A DNA stretch of 64,000 nucleotides, from positions 137,764,001 through 137,828,000 of the forward strand of contig NC_082712.1 of the NCBI RefSeq assembly GCF_030144855.1, given 5' to 3'. The translations under genes and the position numbers were made by a program. Origin of the DNA: Hypanus sabinus (lineage: Eukaryota). The notes beneath the pieces are model-generated. The model was given only the letters and a program-made list of their open reading frames with translations, did not search any database and had not been told where the DNA came from. This document shows, one piece after another, positions 41,201 to 51,435 of the stretch (positions are counted from its first letter, which is position 1; each line of letters begins with the position of its first letter).

Positions 41201-44200
41201 ATTTTTGAGCAAAGGCTGCGTGTTTATTCTGGAAATGCCTTGCGACATTTGACTTTTTGTTGTTTGCTAGTTTCTCATTGCATATTAAGCATACCGGTAA
41301 ACCAGTCTCGTCAACAGTGAAAGCAAATGAATCTGTCCACGTATCATTAAACGTTCTGTTTTCTTCAGTCACTTTTCTTTTTTTAGAATTCTCCATAGTT
41401 GGCTTACCTTGGATCGAAAAATTAAAGAAATCGCGCACTGACGGGTGTCAGGTATTGGCAGTGGTGACGTATATTAATAGCGATAAAAACACGTTGTAGC
41501 GGTGTGCTCACGCAGTCAGTAAACTGCAGTCGAATAACTTTATTCGAACTAAACAGCCTTGCTTTTAAGCCTCCCTCAACCCAGCCCCCATGGACGCAGA
41601 TGCTGCAAAAGACGCGTTCTCACAAACCCCCGTAGGCTATCTCCCTTAGCCGGAATGCTGGCTAATTGTGAGCCGTTTCGGATGTGCCAGGAAATGTGTC
41701 GCCACACTTAGATTGTACAAGATCACCATAATCTTCAAATTTAGAATTACATTTCAAAAGCTAACAAACTAACATAAAATACATTTTAATTAAATACTGA
41801 CCAATTATTTCCCAAAGCCACAGGGAGCCGCAGCACAGAGGTGAAAGAGCCACAAATGGCTCGGGAGCCGCAGGTTGCCGACCCCCAGTTTAGACAGTAC
41901 ATTTGCTGTAAATTTTTGCCACTCAAGGAAGCTAGATTCAGAATTCTTGAGGCAAATTTCAGAATATGGATGCTTTGATCCAGAGTGCTGTGATGTCCCT
42001 TACCTTGGGTAGTGTTTTAGTTTGGTTAGTAGGAAGTGACTGTCACCGTGACAGGTCAGGCAACCATAGATGTAATGGTAGGAAAGCTTCAGAATTTGTA
42101 AATATCCAAAAGGTGCAAGGATTTGTGGCACTCAGGGAATAGAGGGCTATAGAATTAAACCATTGAGGTTCATAGCATAGCAAGCAGTCTAAATGGGATA
42201 TACACACAAAATGATGGTGGAACTCGGATCAGGCAGCATCAGTAGAGGGGAATAAACAGTCAATGTCTTTGGCCAAGACTTGTGTCAACGAGATATGTAA
42301 TCTGTGTTTGATCCTGTTCCTTTTGGTCTTTCGTAATATATTCAAAATACTTCATTCAAGTTCACTTCCCTCAGTATGTGTTGGTTCTTTGCATTGGGAA
42401 AGGAAGTGCAAAGGTCACCCAGATGAATAAATGAAGCATGGCATCATGTCTGCAGTTGCAGCAGTAGAAGAGCTGCTGCCATTGTAGCTAAAGGCAGTTG
42501 ATGCAACATTCAAGAATGGCTTTCACCATATCACAATACATTATACCCAAGCCTAATTTTGTCCTCTAAGTGCATCACTTACTGGAAGATTCAAGTTTTA
42601 ACTTGAAATAGCTTTTTAACTTTATGGATTATTTCCAGATTTGTGATTATTTAATCAAGCATCCATGTTGACATACTAAGACTGTTTTGTACTTGTTTAT
42701 AATTCTCTTTCTAAGTACTGATCAAACACGAGGAAATCTGCAGATGCTGGAAACAACAACAACACACAAAATGGTGGTGGAACGCAGCAGGTCAGGCAGC
42801 ATTTATAGGGAGAAGCACTGTCGACGTTTCGGGCCGAGACCCTTTGTCAGGATGTCGACAGTGCTTCTCCCTTATAGATGCTGCCTAAGTACTGCTGTTT
42901 GCTCAGTGTCACTGTTATTGTACGCTTGCATTAGTGAGGAATTGTGTATTGCACTTGAAAAATAAATTGGGAGTATCCATAGTGATCTGATCAATAATTA
43001 ACTGCTCATTCACACCTTCATGTTAATGGTTATTGTGTAACTTTCCTAATACAGGACATCTTAACTGTATTAAGTACTAAGAAGCATAACATGATAAATG
43101 TCTTTGTGATATTTTGTAAGTATGATCTTTGCTTAGTCATCTTTTAGCTGTAATAAATTGGTTACTAGTTTTTTTTAATGAACTAGGCTATCATGCACAG
43201 TTCAAAACCAATGCTTCATTCCACACTGTTTCCATGCATAGTTAAACACAAGGTACTGTTGGAGGTTTATGGCCATGGCTGGCAGTTTAGCAAAGAAAGA
43301 ATATTTTCTGGTTTGCATTGGTTGGAGTTTGGATGGAAAATGAACTTCATATATGAAGGTAAAACATTTTAAACAGATGCAATGATCAGAGGTTTGCCTG
43401 AAATACAAAGTGTATACACTTGCTTGCCATGGACGTGACATTTTTGAAGTAAATTCATTTAACAATGTAATGACATTGAGCACCTAGTGGCATTGTGAGG
43501 GAACTCAGCAACCAGCAAGGTGAACAGGTTTACAGGGGAAACTGCAGACGCAAAAATCAGGAACAATTTTAAAAAAAAACGAGCTACTGGAGGAACTCTG
43601 TTGGAGGCAGAGGAATGATTAATAGTTAAGACCTTTAGTGTGTGAGAAGCCCAGTTGAATATGCTGGTCTATGGCCTCAGGGTGGAGAAGCAACACATTA
43701 TTTTCCATCTGAGGAGCTCTGATGGCATGAATATTAATTTCTCTTGGTTTTATAAAACAAATTCCCCCCCCCCACTGTTCCCCAATTTGACATTTTATCT
43801 CTATTCACTTTACCCTGGGTCCCTTTCTTCCCTTTCTCCTATGGTCTCCTCTCCTATCAGATTCCTTCTTCTCTAGCCCTTGGCCTTTCCCACCCACCCG
43901 GCTTCACCTATTGCCTTCCAACTAGCCTCCTTCCGCTCCCCCTACCTGTTTATTCTGGTGTCGTCTTCTCCCTTCCTTCAGTCCTGAAGAAGGCTCTTGG
44001 CTCAAAATGTCAACAGTTTTTTTCATTTTCATAGATTCAGCCTGACTTGCTGAGTTCCTCTTGCATTTTGTGTGTGTTGCTTTGAATATGTTAATTCTAT
44101 TTTCTTTTGTTCGTCTGTACATGTTCTGAAGGATTTGTACTGGCTTGCTGGTTGATCTGTCGAATTGTTGGAGTATGTTCCTGTCACTGCTGTGCTTTGA

Positions 44201-44885
44201 GCAACGCGTATGCTTATGGTATGGGTACTTACATAGTGACTGGGCGAGCAGGCCTGATCTTTATCCATCCTTACCCATGTGCCTGCTATGCAAATCAGCT
44301 TGCTCTGGTGTCATTTTAATTTCCAAGATCTGTTTGAGTTAGAACTGGAAGGAAGGGTATGGGAGAAGAAACTTTAAGCATAGTTTGAGGTTTTCTGAAA
44401 TGTTCAAATATCTTCAGCAATAAGCTGCTGTTGCAAGATCAATGGAATAGTTCAACAAATGAGTTTTATTAAGTGAAATTATTAAGGAATAAGAGTCTAG
44501 TACATGTCTTTAATTGTGATAAAGTACAAAACAGACTTGAAGGGTTGAATATCCCTATCCATGTTCCAACACTGCCTGCAGACCAACGTTGCAATTTCTT
44601 TGTAAGCCAAAAGCATCAGTTACTTTAAAGTTTTAATGTTTTGATTATTCTCTCTTCCAGCTGAGATTTTCTCCTGTTGTTGAAGTTCACACAATGGTGG
44701 CATGGTCCTTTGCTTTACGTGAAGCTCGGAAGGGCCATTGGATACAGGCAGCTTATGACAGAGCAAGTTTCCTGGACAGGGTGCGGAACACAGAAATGGC
44801 AATTGGTTATTGTCTCCAGAAGGATCACAGACTGAAAATCTGGGAAAAAATTCACAGTCATAATTCAAAGAATTATGTACAGTAG
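33964..44885 (+). CDS. PPP1R15-family protein (GADD34/CReP-like eIF2alpha phosphatase regulatory subunit), ~413 aa, three coding exons
   Basis: join(33964..34105,35674..36548,44661..44885) = 1242 nt with compatible phases (1, 0) and GT-AG introns. Hydrophobic N-terminus, acidic PEST tract, LWKSFFTTDIYNPWNF motif, C-terminal KK|LRFSPVVEVH..W..RKGHW...DRASFLDRV...IGYCL...HR domain. Confidence 0.88.
34423..34850 (-). mobile_element. Penelope-like element 3' fragment in PPP1R15-like intron 1
   Basis: Reverse complement of the LQPDGMNIDF terminus, pyrimidine tract and cagcatctgcagac tail. Confidence 0.8.
35674..36548 (+). CDS. PPP1R15-like exon 2
   Basis: ttttgcag| 875-nt open frame with DDEEWDDSEESS...NEILWKSFFTTDIYNPWNFSA; ends PTCKK|gtatgt. 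Confidence 0.9.
38166..38203. repeat. (TA)19 microsatellite
   Basis: Perfect TA run inside the YIG codons of the Penelope-like element. Confidence 0.95.
38727..38761 (+). ncRNA. Minimal hammerhead ribozyme-like motif in the Penelope tail
   Basis: AGTC-CTGACGA-A-GGGT(CTCG)GCCC-GAAACGTC-AAC: core intact, helix I weakened by a G>A change. Confidence 0.6.
38991..41887 (-). mobile_element. Full-length hAT (Buster/Charlie-type) DNA transposon, 2897 bp, in PPP1R15-like intron 2
   Basis: 8-bp TSD GTTTAGAC (38983-38990, 41888-41895) with central TA; 16-bp imperfect TIRs CAGGGGTCAGCAACCT / AGGTTGCCGACCCCCA; subterminal GGGAGCCGCA repeats. Confidence 0.95.
39461..41396 (-). pseudogene. hAT transposase (~644 aa once corrected), single +1 frameshift
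   Basis: BED finger (CLIC...H....H), catalytic DES/TDG(A)/CEQVFS, HCILH. ORFs 40458-41438 and 39461-40633 join if one base is removed from the C5 run at 40627-40631. Confidence 0.92.
42723..42885 (-). mobile_element. Penelope-tail short repeat with partial fold-back
   Basis: acacgaggaaatctgcagatgctgg...gtcgacgtttcgggccgagaccc...; same family as 47178-47407. Confidence 0.7.
43650..44085 (+). mobile_element. Penelope-like element 3' fragment
   Basis: EKQHIIFHL..DGMNINFS, pyrimidine tract and tail. Confidence 0.7.
44661..44885 (+). CDS. PPP1R15-like exon 3 (PP1/eIF2alpha-binding domain)
   Basis: tctcttccag| LRFSPVVEVHTMVAWSFALREARKGHWIQAAYDRASFLDRVRNTEMAIGYCLQKDHRLKIWEKIHSHNSKNYVQ*. Confidence 0.92.
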   Translation: MRFSPVVEVHTMVAWSFALREARKGHWIQAAYDRASFLDRVRNTEMAIGYCLQKDHRLKIWEKIHSHNSKNYVQ

Positions 44886-47177
44886 TGTAATTCTGTAGCC
44901 ACTGAGTGTAAAAAGGACTTGAAGGACTATGGTTTCTTTCCTTTTACTATTTCGATATATGGTTATAACAATGTTGCAATAACAAGTCATGAACTATCTG
45001 GGACATTGATGGATCTTTCCAAGTTGACCTGATGGAGATGTGAAATTCTGATGCATTTTGCAAATTTAATGTTGGTTCCATATGTGTAGGCCTAGCTTTG
45101 AATCAAGAATATTTTCTAATCTTGATAATGGAAGAGCTTGCACTGTCTTCAATACTGTAATGTTCATGAAGTTGATTCCAGAAACTAAGCTCATGTAGAA
45201 CTGTTTCTCCGTTCTGATTTTGTCTGTTAAATTATTACATTTCAACATTACAACAAAATAATTTTGTACATTTAGCATGCATTTCTTATATTTTGTGTAT
45301 TATATTTATTGATTGAGAAACATTGAAGATTTCTGAATATCTATTTTGAACTCATTGTAGTGCATGCAGTGTCATGCAGTGTCATGCAGTGCATGACTCC
45401 ATTTTTCTGTTGGGCCTGGTAATATACTTTGGTCCACATATGTATGTTAACAAGGTCATATGACATCACAAAATCTGACTTCTGTTTCATCAATCAGATT
45501 ATGACAATTTCAACACAAAAGCAGGAGGAAAAATGTCTGAGTATAACTGTCTGAAGAAATCTGTTAAATGTTACAGTTTTTGTCTAGAGATAGTTGCCTT
45601 GCCTGTCACCCTGGTATCAGGAGTTAATCACTTTTCATACCTGCAGATACAGCTAGATCAAGGGATGATTCAGAAATCTACTCACCAGGCTGCCTTATCA
45701 TTGGAATATCTGATCTGCTGGCATGTTATCTAGTTTTTTGAAACATTATGATTTCTACCTGATTGGAATGGTTTTCTATTAATTAGAATTACTATTTTGA
45801 TAATGTAACTATTGCAAATTCAAATAATTATGTTAATGGCGAATATTTTGTCACTTCTTGTCAAGTTACCCCTCAACGTTGAAGAATGCATTGAAATAAT
45901 GGTTTCTTCACTTACCATCCTGCTGTTTGTCACAGTATTTTTAATGTTACTTTGTAACCTATCTGCCTTTTGTTTTGTAGGCTTTAGTTATGAAGTTAGG
46001 CATTGAATTTTATATCAAAGAATATTAAAACTGATTTTTTGTTAATTCATAATTTCCAAATGTACCCTCGAGTAAGTGACTAATGTGCAAAATTGTCTTC
46101 CAGGGAATTTCTCTAGGGAACAGGTTTTTGGGTTAAAACATGTTCCATTCAAAAATTAAGTCATCTCTATGAGTACAGGCACAATCCTGTTGATGCCTAT
46201 TAGTGTACAGTAAGAAGTGTTAATAGGCCAGGGAGTAATGAATATTCTTCATAATTTGAAATAATTAGTTTTGTTTCACATGTGCATATCTCAGAAGAGT
46301 GTGCACTTTGGTTGTATCAATCTGGGCAGGAATATAAATAGTGTTGCTTAATGGGTAGCAAACAAAAATTAACTTGTATTTGAAAAATAGTTGAATAAAA
46401 GAGTCATAGAAAAGTACAGTACGAAAACATGCCCTTCACCCTATATAGTTCGCGCTGAACCATTTAAACTGCCTGGTCCCATCAATATGCAACCAGACTG
46501 TAGCCCTTCTTACTCCTGCCATTCATGTACCTAAACAAACATCTCTTAAACATTGAAATCGAGCTTGCATGCACCACTTGCGCTGGCAGTTTGTTCCACC
46601 TGCTCACAAGTGAGGAAGATTCCCCTCGTGTTCCCCTTAAACTTTTCACTATTCACCCTTAACCCATGACCTGTAGTTGTAGTTCCACCCAACCACAGCT
46701 TGCATTGACCTTATCTGTTCCCCTCAGAATTTTGTATACCTCTATCAAATCTCCCCTCAATCTTCTATATTCCAAGGAATAAAGCCCCAAACCGAGTCAT
46801 TCTTATAACTTAGGTCCTCCAGTCTTGGCAGTATATTTGTAAATTTTCTCTGTATGCTTTCAACCTTATTTACAACTTTCCTGTAGGTAGGTGACCAAAA
46901 CTGCACACGATACTCCAAATTATGCCTCAGCAACCATCTCGTACAACTTTAGCATAAGATCCCATATCCTATACTCAGTGCTTTGATTTATGAAGGTCAA
47001 TGTACCAACAGCTTTCTTTATGACCCTATCTTCCTGTGCCACCACATTCAATGAATTATGGACTTGTATTCCTGGATCCCTCTGTTGTATCACACAATTT
47101 AAACATCTTTGTTAGGGCCCCTGCAATTTCAGCACTTGTCTCCCACAGGGTCCAAGGGAACACATTAACACTTGCAA

Positions 47178-47407
47178 CAACAACACACAAAATGCTGGTG
47201 GAACACAGCAGGCCAGGCAGCATCTATAGGGCGAAGCACCGTCGACGTTTCGGGCCGAGACCCTTCGTCAGGACTACAGAACTACAGTAGTCCTGACGAA
47301 GGGTCTCAGCCCGAAACATAGACAACGCTTCTCCCTATAGATGTGTTCCACCAGCATTTTGTGTGTGTTGTTTGAATTTCCAGCATCTGCAGATTTCCTC
47401 GTGTTTG
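47178..47407. mobile_element. Fold-back Penelope-tail element with two opposed hammerhead-like motifs
   Basis: Inverted arms around actacag; 17-bp direct repeat cacattaaca(c/t)ttgcaa at 47161-47177 and 47408-47424. Confidence 0.85.
47241..47275 (-). ncRNA. Minimal type I hammerhead ribozyme motif
   Basis: Reverse complement AGTC-CTGACGA-A-GGGT(CTCG)GCCC-GAAACGTC^GAC: core, helix II, palindromic ACGT in place of helix III, and GTC/GAC helix I. Confidence 0.7.
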
Positions 47408-49709
47408 CACATTAACATTTGCAATCCTTTTGCTTGAGATTTATCTATAGAATCCCTTAGGATTCTCCTTCACCTTTGTCTGCTAAAGCAACCTCATGCC
47501 TTCTTTTCATCCTCCTAATTTCTTAGTGTTCTCTTGCATTTCTTCTACTCCATAAGCACCTTATTTGTTCGTATATGCCTGTACCTGCTCTGCACCATTT
47601 ATTTTCGTAACCGGAGCCTCCATCCCTTTGAAATCTAACATTCCCAAAGCCTGTTGGCTTTAGAAGCCTTGTATTCTCATAATTTCAGCTTTGAAGGCCT
47701 TCCTCTTACCAAGTACTGCCTGTCGCAATCCAAACTTGCTGGATCTTTTCTGATACTTCAACATTGGTGTATTTCCAATTTAAAATCTCAACCCATGACC
47801 AGACCCATCATTTTCCATACTTAGTTTGAAACTAATGGCATTATGATCACTAGATGCAAAGCGTTTCCCTACACAAATTTCTGTCACCTGCCCTGTCTCA
47901 TTCCTTAATAGGAGATCGACTAGTGTACACTCTCATTTGGACTTCTATGTACTGATTAAAGGAACCTTCATGAACACATTTGACAAACTCTATCACATCT
48001 AGTCCTTTTCACAGTATCGGAGTTCCTGTCAATCTGTGGAAAGTTTAAAATCACCTACTGTAACAATCTTGTATTTCTTGCAACAGGTCTCTATAAATTT
48101 GCTCCTCTAAATCCCGCAGAATGTTGGGTGATCTATAATAAGCCCCATTAATGTGGTCACACCATTCTTATTCCTCCGTTCCACCCAGAAACCTTAGCTA
48201 GATGAGCTCTCCAGCCTGCCACAGCCATGACATTTCCCTGACCAGTATCACCACCCCTTCCCCTTTAATCCCTCCCACACTATTGCATCTAAACCAATAG
48301 AAGTCTGTAATATTGATTTGCCAGTCCTGCCCCTCCTGCAAACAAGTCTCACTAATGGCTACAATATAATAAATGCACATGTTGATCCATGCCTGGAGCT
48401 CATTTGCCTTCCCTACAATACTTCTTCCATTGAAGCATGCACAACTCAGAACATTAGTTGCAACACATTCAACCAATTGATTCCTGACTTTGTCTGTGGT
48501 CTGTCTTCACAACCTCTGCACTGTTTGTTCTGGCATCAGGTTCCCAACCCCCTGCAGTTCTAGTTTAAACCCCTCAGTACAGCACTAGCAAACCTCCCCA
48601 CTAGGATTTTATTCCTCCTCCAGTTCAGGTGCAAGCTAGCTCTTCTGAACAGGCCCCACCTTTCCTGGAAGTGAGTCCAATCATCCTCACTACTGACTCC
48701 CTCCTTCCTATATCCAACTCCTTAGCTAAGTGTGCAACTGTATGATCTTCCTATTTCTGGCCTCACTTGCATATGGCCAGGTAGCAATCCTGAGATCCCA
48801 ACGCTGGAGGTCCTGTCCTTTAATTTAGCACCTAACTCCCTGAACTCACTTTGCAGAGGCTCTTCACTCTTTTTACCCACGTCATTGGTACCTACGTGGA
48901 CCACAACCTCAGGCTGTTCACCTTCCCACTTCAGAATGCTGAGGACTCGGTCCAAGATGTCCCAGACCCTGGCACCCAGGAGACAACATAACATCCAGGA
49001 ATCTCATTCTCGTCCACAAAGCATTTTTTCTGTTCCCCTAACTAATGAATCCCCTGTTTCCACAATTTGCCTTGCCTCTGCACACCCACCACCCTCTGTT
49101 CCCTTCTGGGAAAGCTGACCAAGACCTGACCTCTGTGACTTTCCTTTGCTTGGTCACACTCTCCCAACAGTATCCAAAATGGTATATCTTTTGTTGAGGG
49201 GGATGGCCACAGGGGTACTCTGCACTAGCTGCTTCACCCCTTTCCTCTTCCTGACTGTCACCTAGTCTCCTTTGTCCTACACTTGGGTGTAACCTCTCTA
49301 TATGTCTTATCTATCACCCCTCAGAATTCTGAATGATCTGTGGTTAATCCGCTTCCAGATCCAGCTTTTTAATGTGGAGTGGTAGAAGCTACAGCTGGAT
49401 GCATTTCCTGCAAGTGAGGTCATCAGAGACACTGGCAGTCTCCCTGCCTTCCCACAGCTCGTAACAGGAGCATTCAACTATCTGCCTGGCATCTCTACTG
49501 CTCTACCTTGCAAATATGAAGCAGGAAGCAATAAATAAATTGGAAAAATAAAAGAAGTCTCTCTGTGCTAAAGCATCAAATAACCACTCTAACAGTGTCT
49601 GCTCCTCTTGCCCCTACCTTATTTTTATTTGCTCTTGTCAATCAATCCCAATTGGCCACTGTTCAAAAACCAAACTGCTCTGCATCGATGCCTTATGTAC
49701 TCAGTCAGT

Positions 49710-51435
49710 AAACCGGAGAGCCAGACGGGGCTACGAGAAGGCCTTGGCGGACAGGATTAAGGAAAACTCCAAGGCATTCTACAAGTATGTGAAGAGCAAG
49801 AGGATAAGACGTGAGAGAATAGGACCAATCGAGTGTGTATGGAACTGGAGGAGACAGCAGAGGTACATAATGAATACTTTGCTTCAGTATTCATTACGGA
49901 AAAGGATCTTGGCGATTGTAGGGATGACTGGCAGTGGACTGAAAAGCTTGAGCATGTAGATATTAAGAGGATGTGCTGGACCTTTTGGAAAGCATCAAGT
50001 TGGATAAGTTGCCGGGACGGGATGTACCCCAGGCTACTGTGGGAGGCGAGGGATGAGATTGCTGAGCCTCTGGCAATGATCTTTGCATCATCAATGGGGA
50101 CAGGAGAGGTTCTGGAGGATTGGAAGATTGCGGATGTTGTTCCTTTATTCAAGAAAGGGAGTAGAGATAGCCCAGGAAATTATAGACCAGTGAGTCTAAC
50201 TCCAGTGGTTGGTAAGTTGATGGTGAAGATCCTGAGAGGCAGGATTTATGAACATTTGGAGAGGCATAATATGATTAGGAGTAGTCAGCATAGCTTTGTG
50301 AAAGGTAGGTCATGCCTTACAGGCCTGATTGAATGTTTTGAGGATATGACTAAACACATTGATGAAGGAAGAGCAGTAGATGTAGTGTATATGGATTTCA
50401 ACAAGGCATTTGATAAGCTACCTCATGCAAGTCTTATTGAGAAAGGAAGGATGCATGGGATCCAAGGGGACATTGCTTTGTGGATCCAGAACTGGCATTC
50501 CCACAGAAGGCAAAGAGTGGTTGTAGACAGGTCCTATTCTGCATGGAGGTCGGTCACCAGTGGTGTGCCTCAGGGATCTGTTCTGGAACCCCTACTCTTT
50601 GTGATTTTTATAAGTGTTCTGGATGAGGAAGTGGAGCGATGGGTTAGTAAGTTTGCTGATGACACAAAGGTTGGAGGTGTTGTGGATAGTGAGGAGGGCT
50701 GTCAGAGGTTACTGTGGGACATTGATAGGATGCAAAACTGGGCTGAGAAGTGGCAGATGGAGTTCAACCCAGATAAGTGTGAGGTAGTTCATTTCGGTAG
50801 GTCAAATATGATGGCAGAATTTAGTATTAATGGTAAGACTCTTGGCAGTGTGGAGGATCAGAGGGATCTTGGGGTCCGAGTTCATAGGACATTCAAAGCA
50901 GCTGTGCAGGTTGATTCTGTGGTTAAGAGAGCATACGGTGCATTGGCCTTCATCAGTCATGGGATTGAGTTAGGAGCTGAGAGGGAATGTTACAGCTATA
51001 TAGCACTCTGGTCAGACCCCACTTGGAGTACTGTGCTCAGTTCTGGTTGCCTCACAATAGGAAGGATGTGGAAACCATAGAAAGGGTGCAGAGGAGATTT
51101 ACAAGGATGTTGCCTGGATTGGGGAGCATGCCTTATGAGAATAAGTTGAGTGAACTTGTCCTTTTCTCCTTGGAGCGACAGTGGATGAGAGATAACCTGA
51201 TAGAAGTGTATAAGATGATGAGAGGCATTGATTGTGTGGAGAGTCAGAGGCTTTTTCCCAGGGCTGAAATGGTTAACATGAGAGGCCACAGTTTTCAGGT
51301 GCTTGGAAGTAGGTACAAAGGAAATGTCAGGGGTAAGTGTTTTACGCAGAGTGTGGTGAGTACGTGGATTGGGCTGCCAGCTATGGTGGTGGAGGCAGAT
51401 AAGATAGGGTCTTTTAAGAGAGTCCTGGACAGGTC
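49710..51435 (+). mobile_element. CR1 LINE RT fragment
   Basis: ORFs 49833-51080 and 50987-51475: NYRPVSLT, YMDFNKAFD, GVPQGSVL, KFADDTK, RPHLEYC. Confidence 0.93.

Larger units (their letters stand above)
46400..49500 (-). mobile_element. Degenerate, internally deleted CR1 LINE (ORF1 esterase, APE, RT end, 3' UTR)
   Basis: Minus-strand QPEVVVHVGTNDVG...ISGLLP (48722-48994) and FNGRSIVGKANEL...AISETCL (48198-48476); CR1 3' UTR near 46400-46700. Confidence 0.88.

Noticed and set aside
39461-41438. Domesticated gene such as GTF2IRD2/EPM2AIP1/ZBED
   Set aside because: Bounded by TIRs and an 8-bp TSD, intronic and frameshifted, so it is a transposon copy.
33964-44885. Assigning the symbol PPP1R15A or PPP1R15B
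   Set aside because: Neighbouring genes match neither known locus; orthology cannot be decided without a phylogeny.
45361-45395. Short 10-bp tandem repeat (catgcagtgt) in the PPP1R15-like 3' UTR
   Set aside because: About three units; ordinary slippage with no evidence of function.
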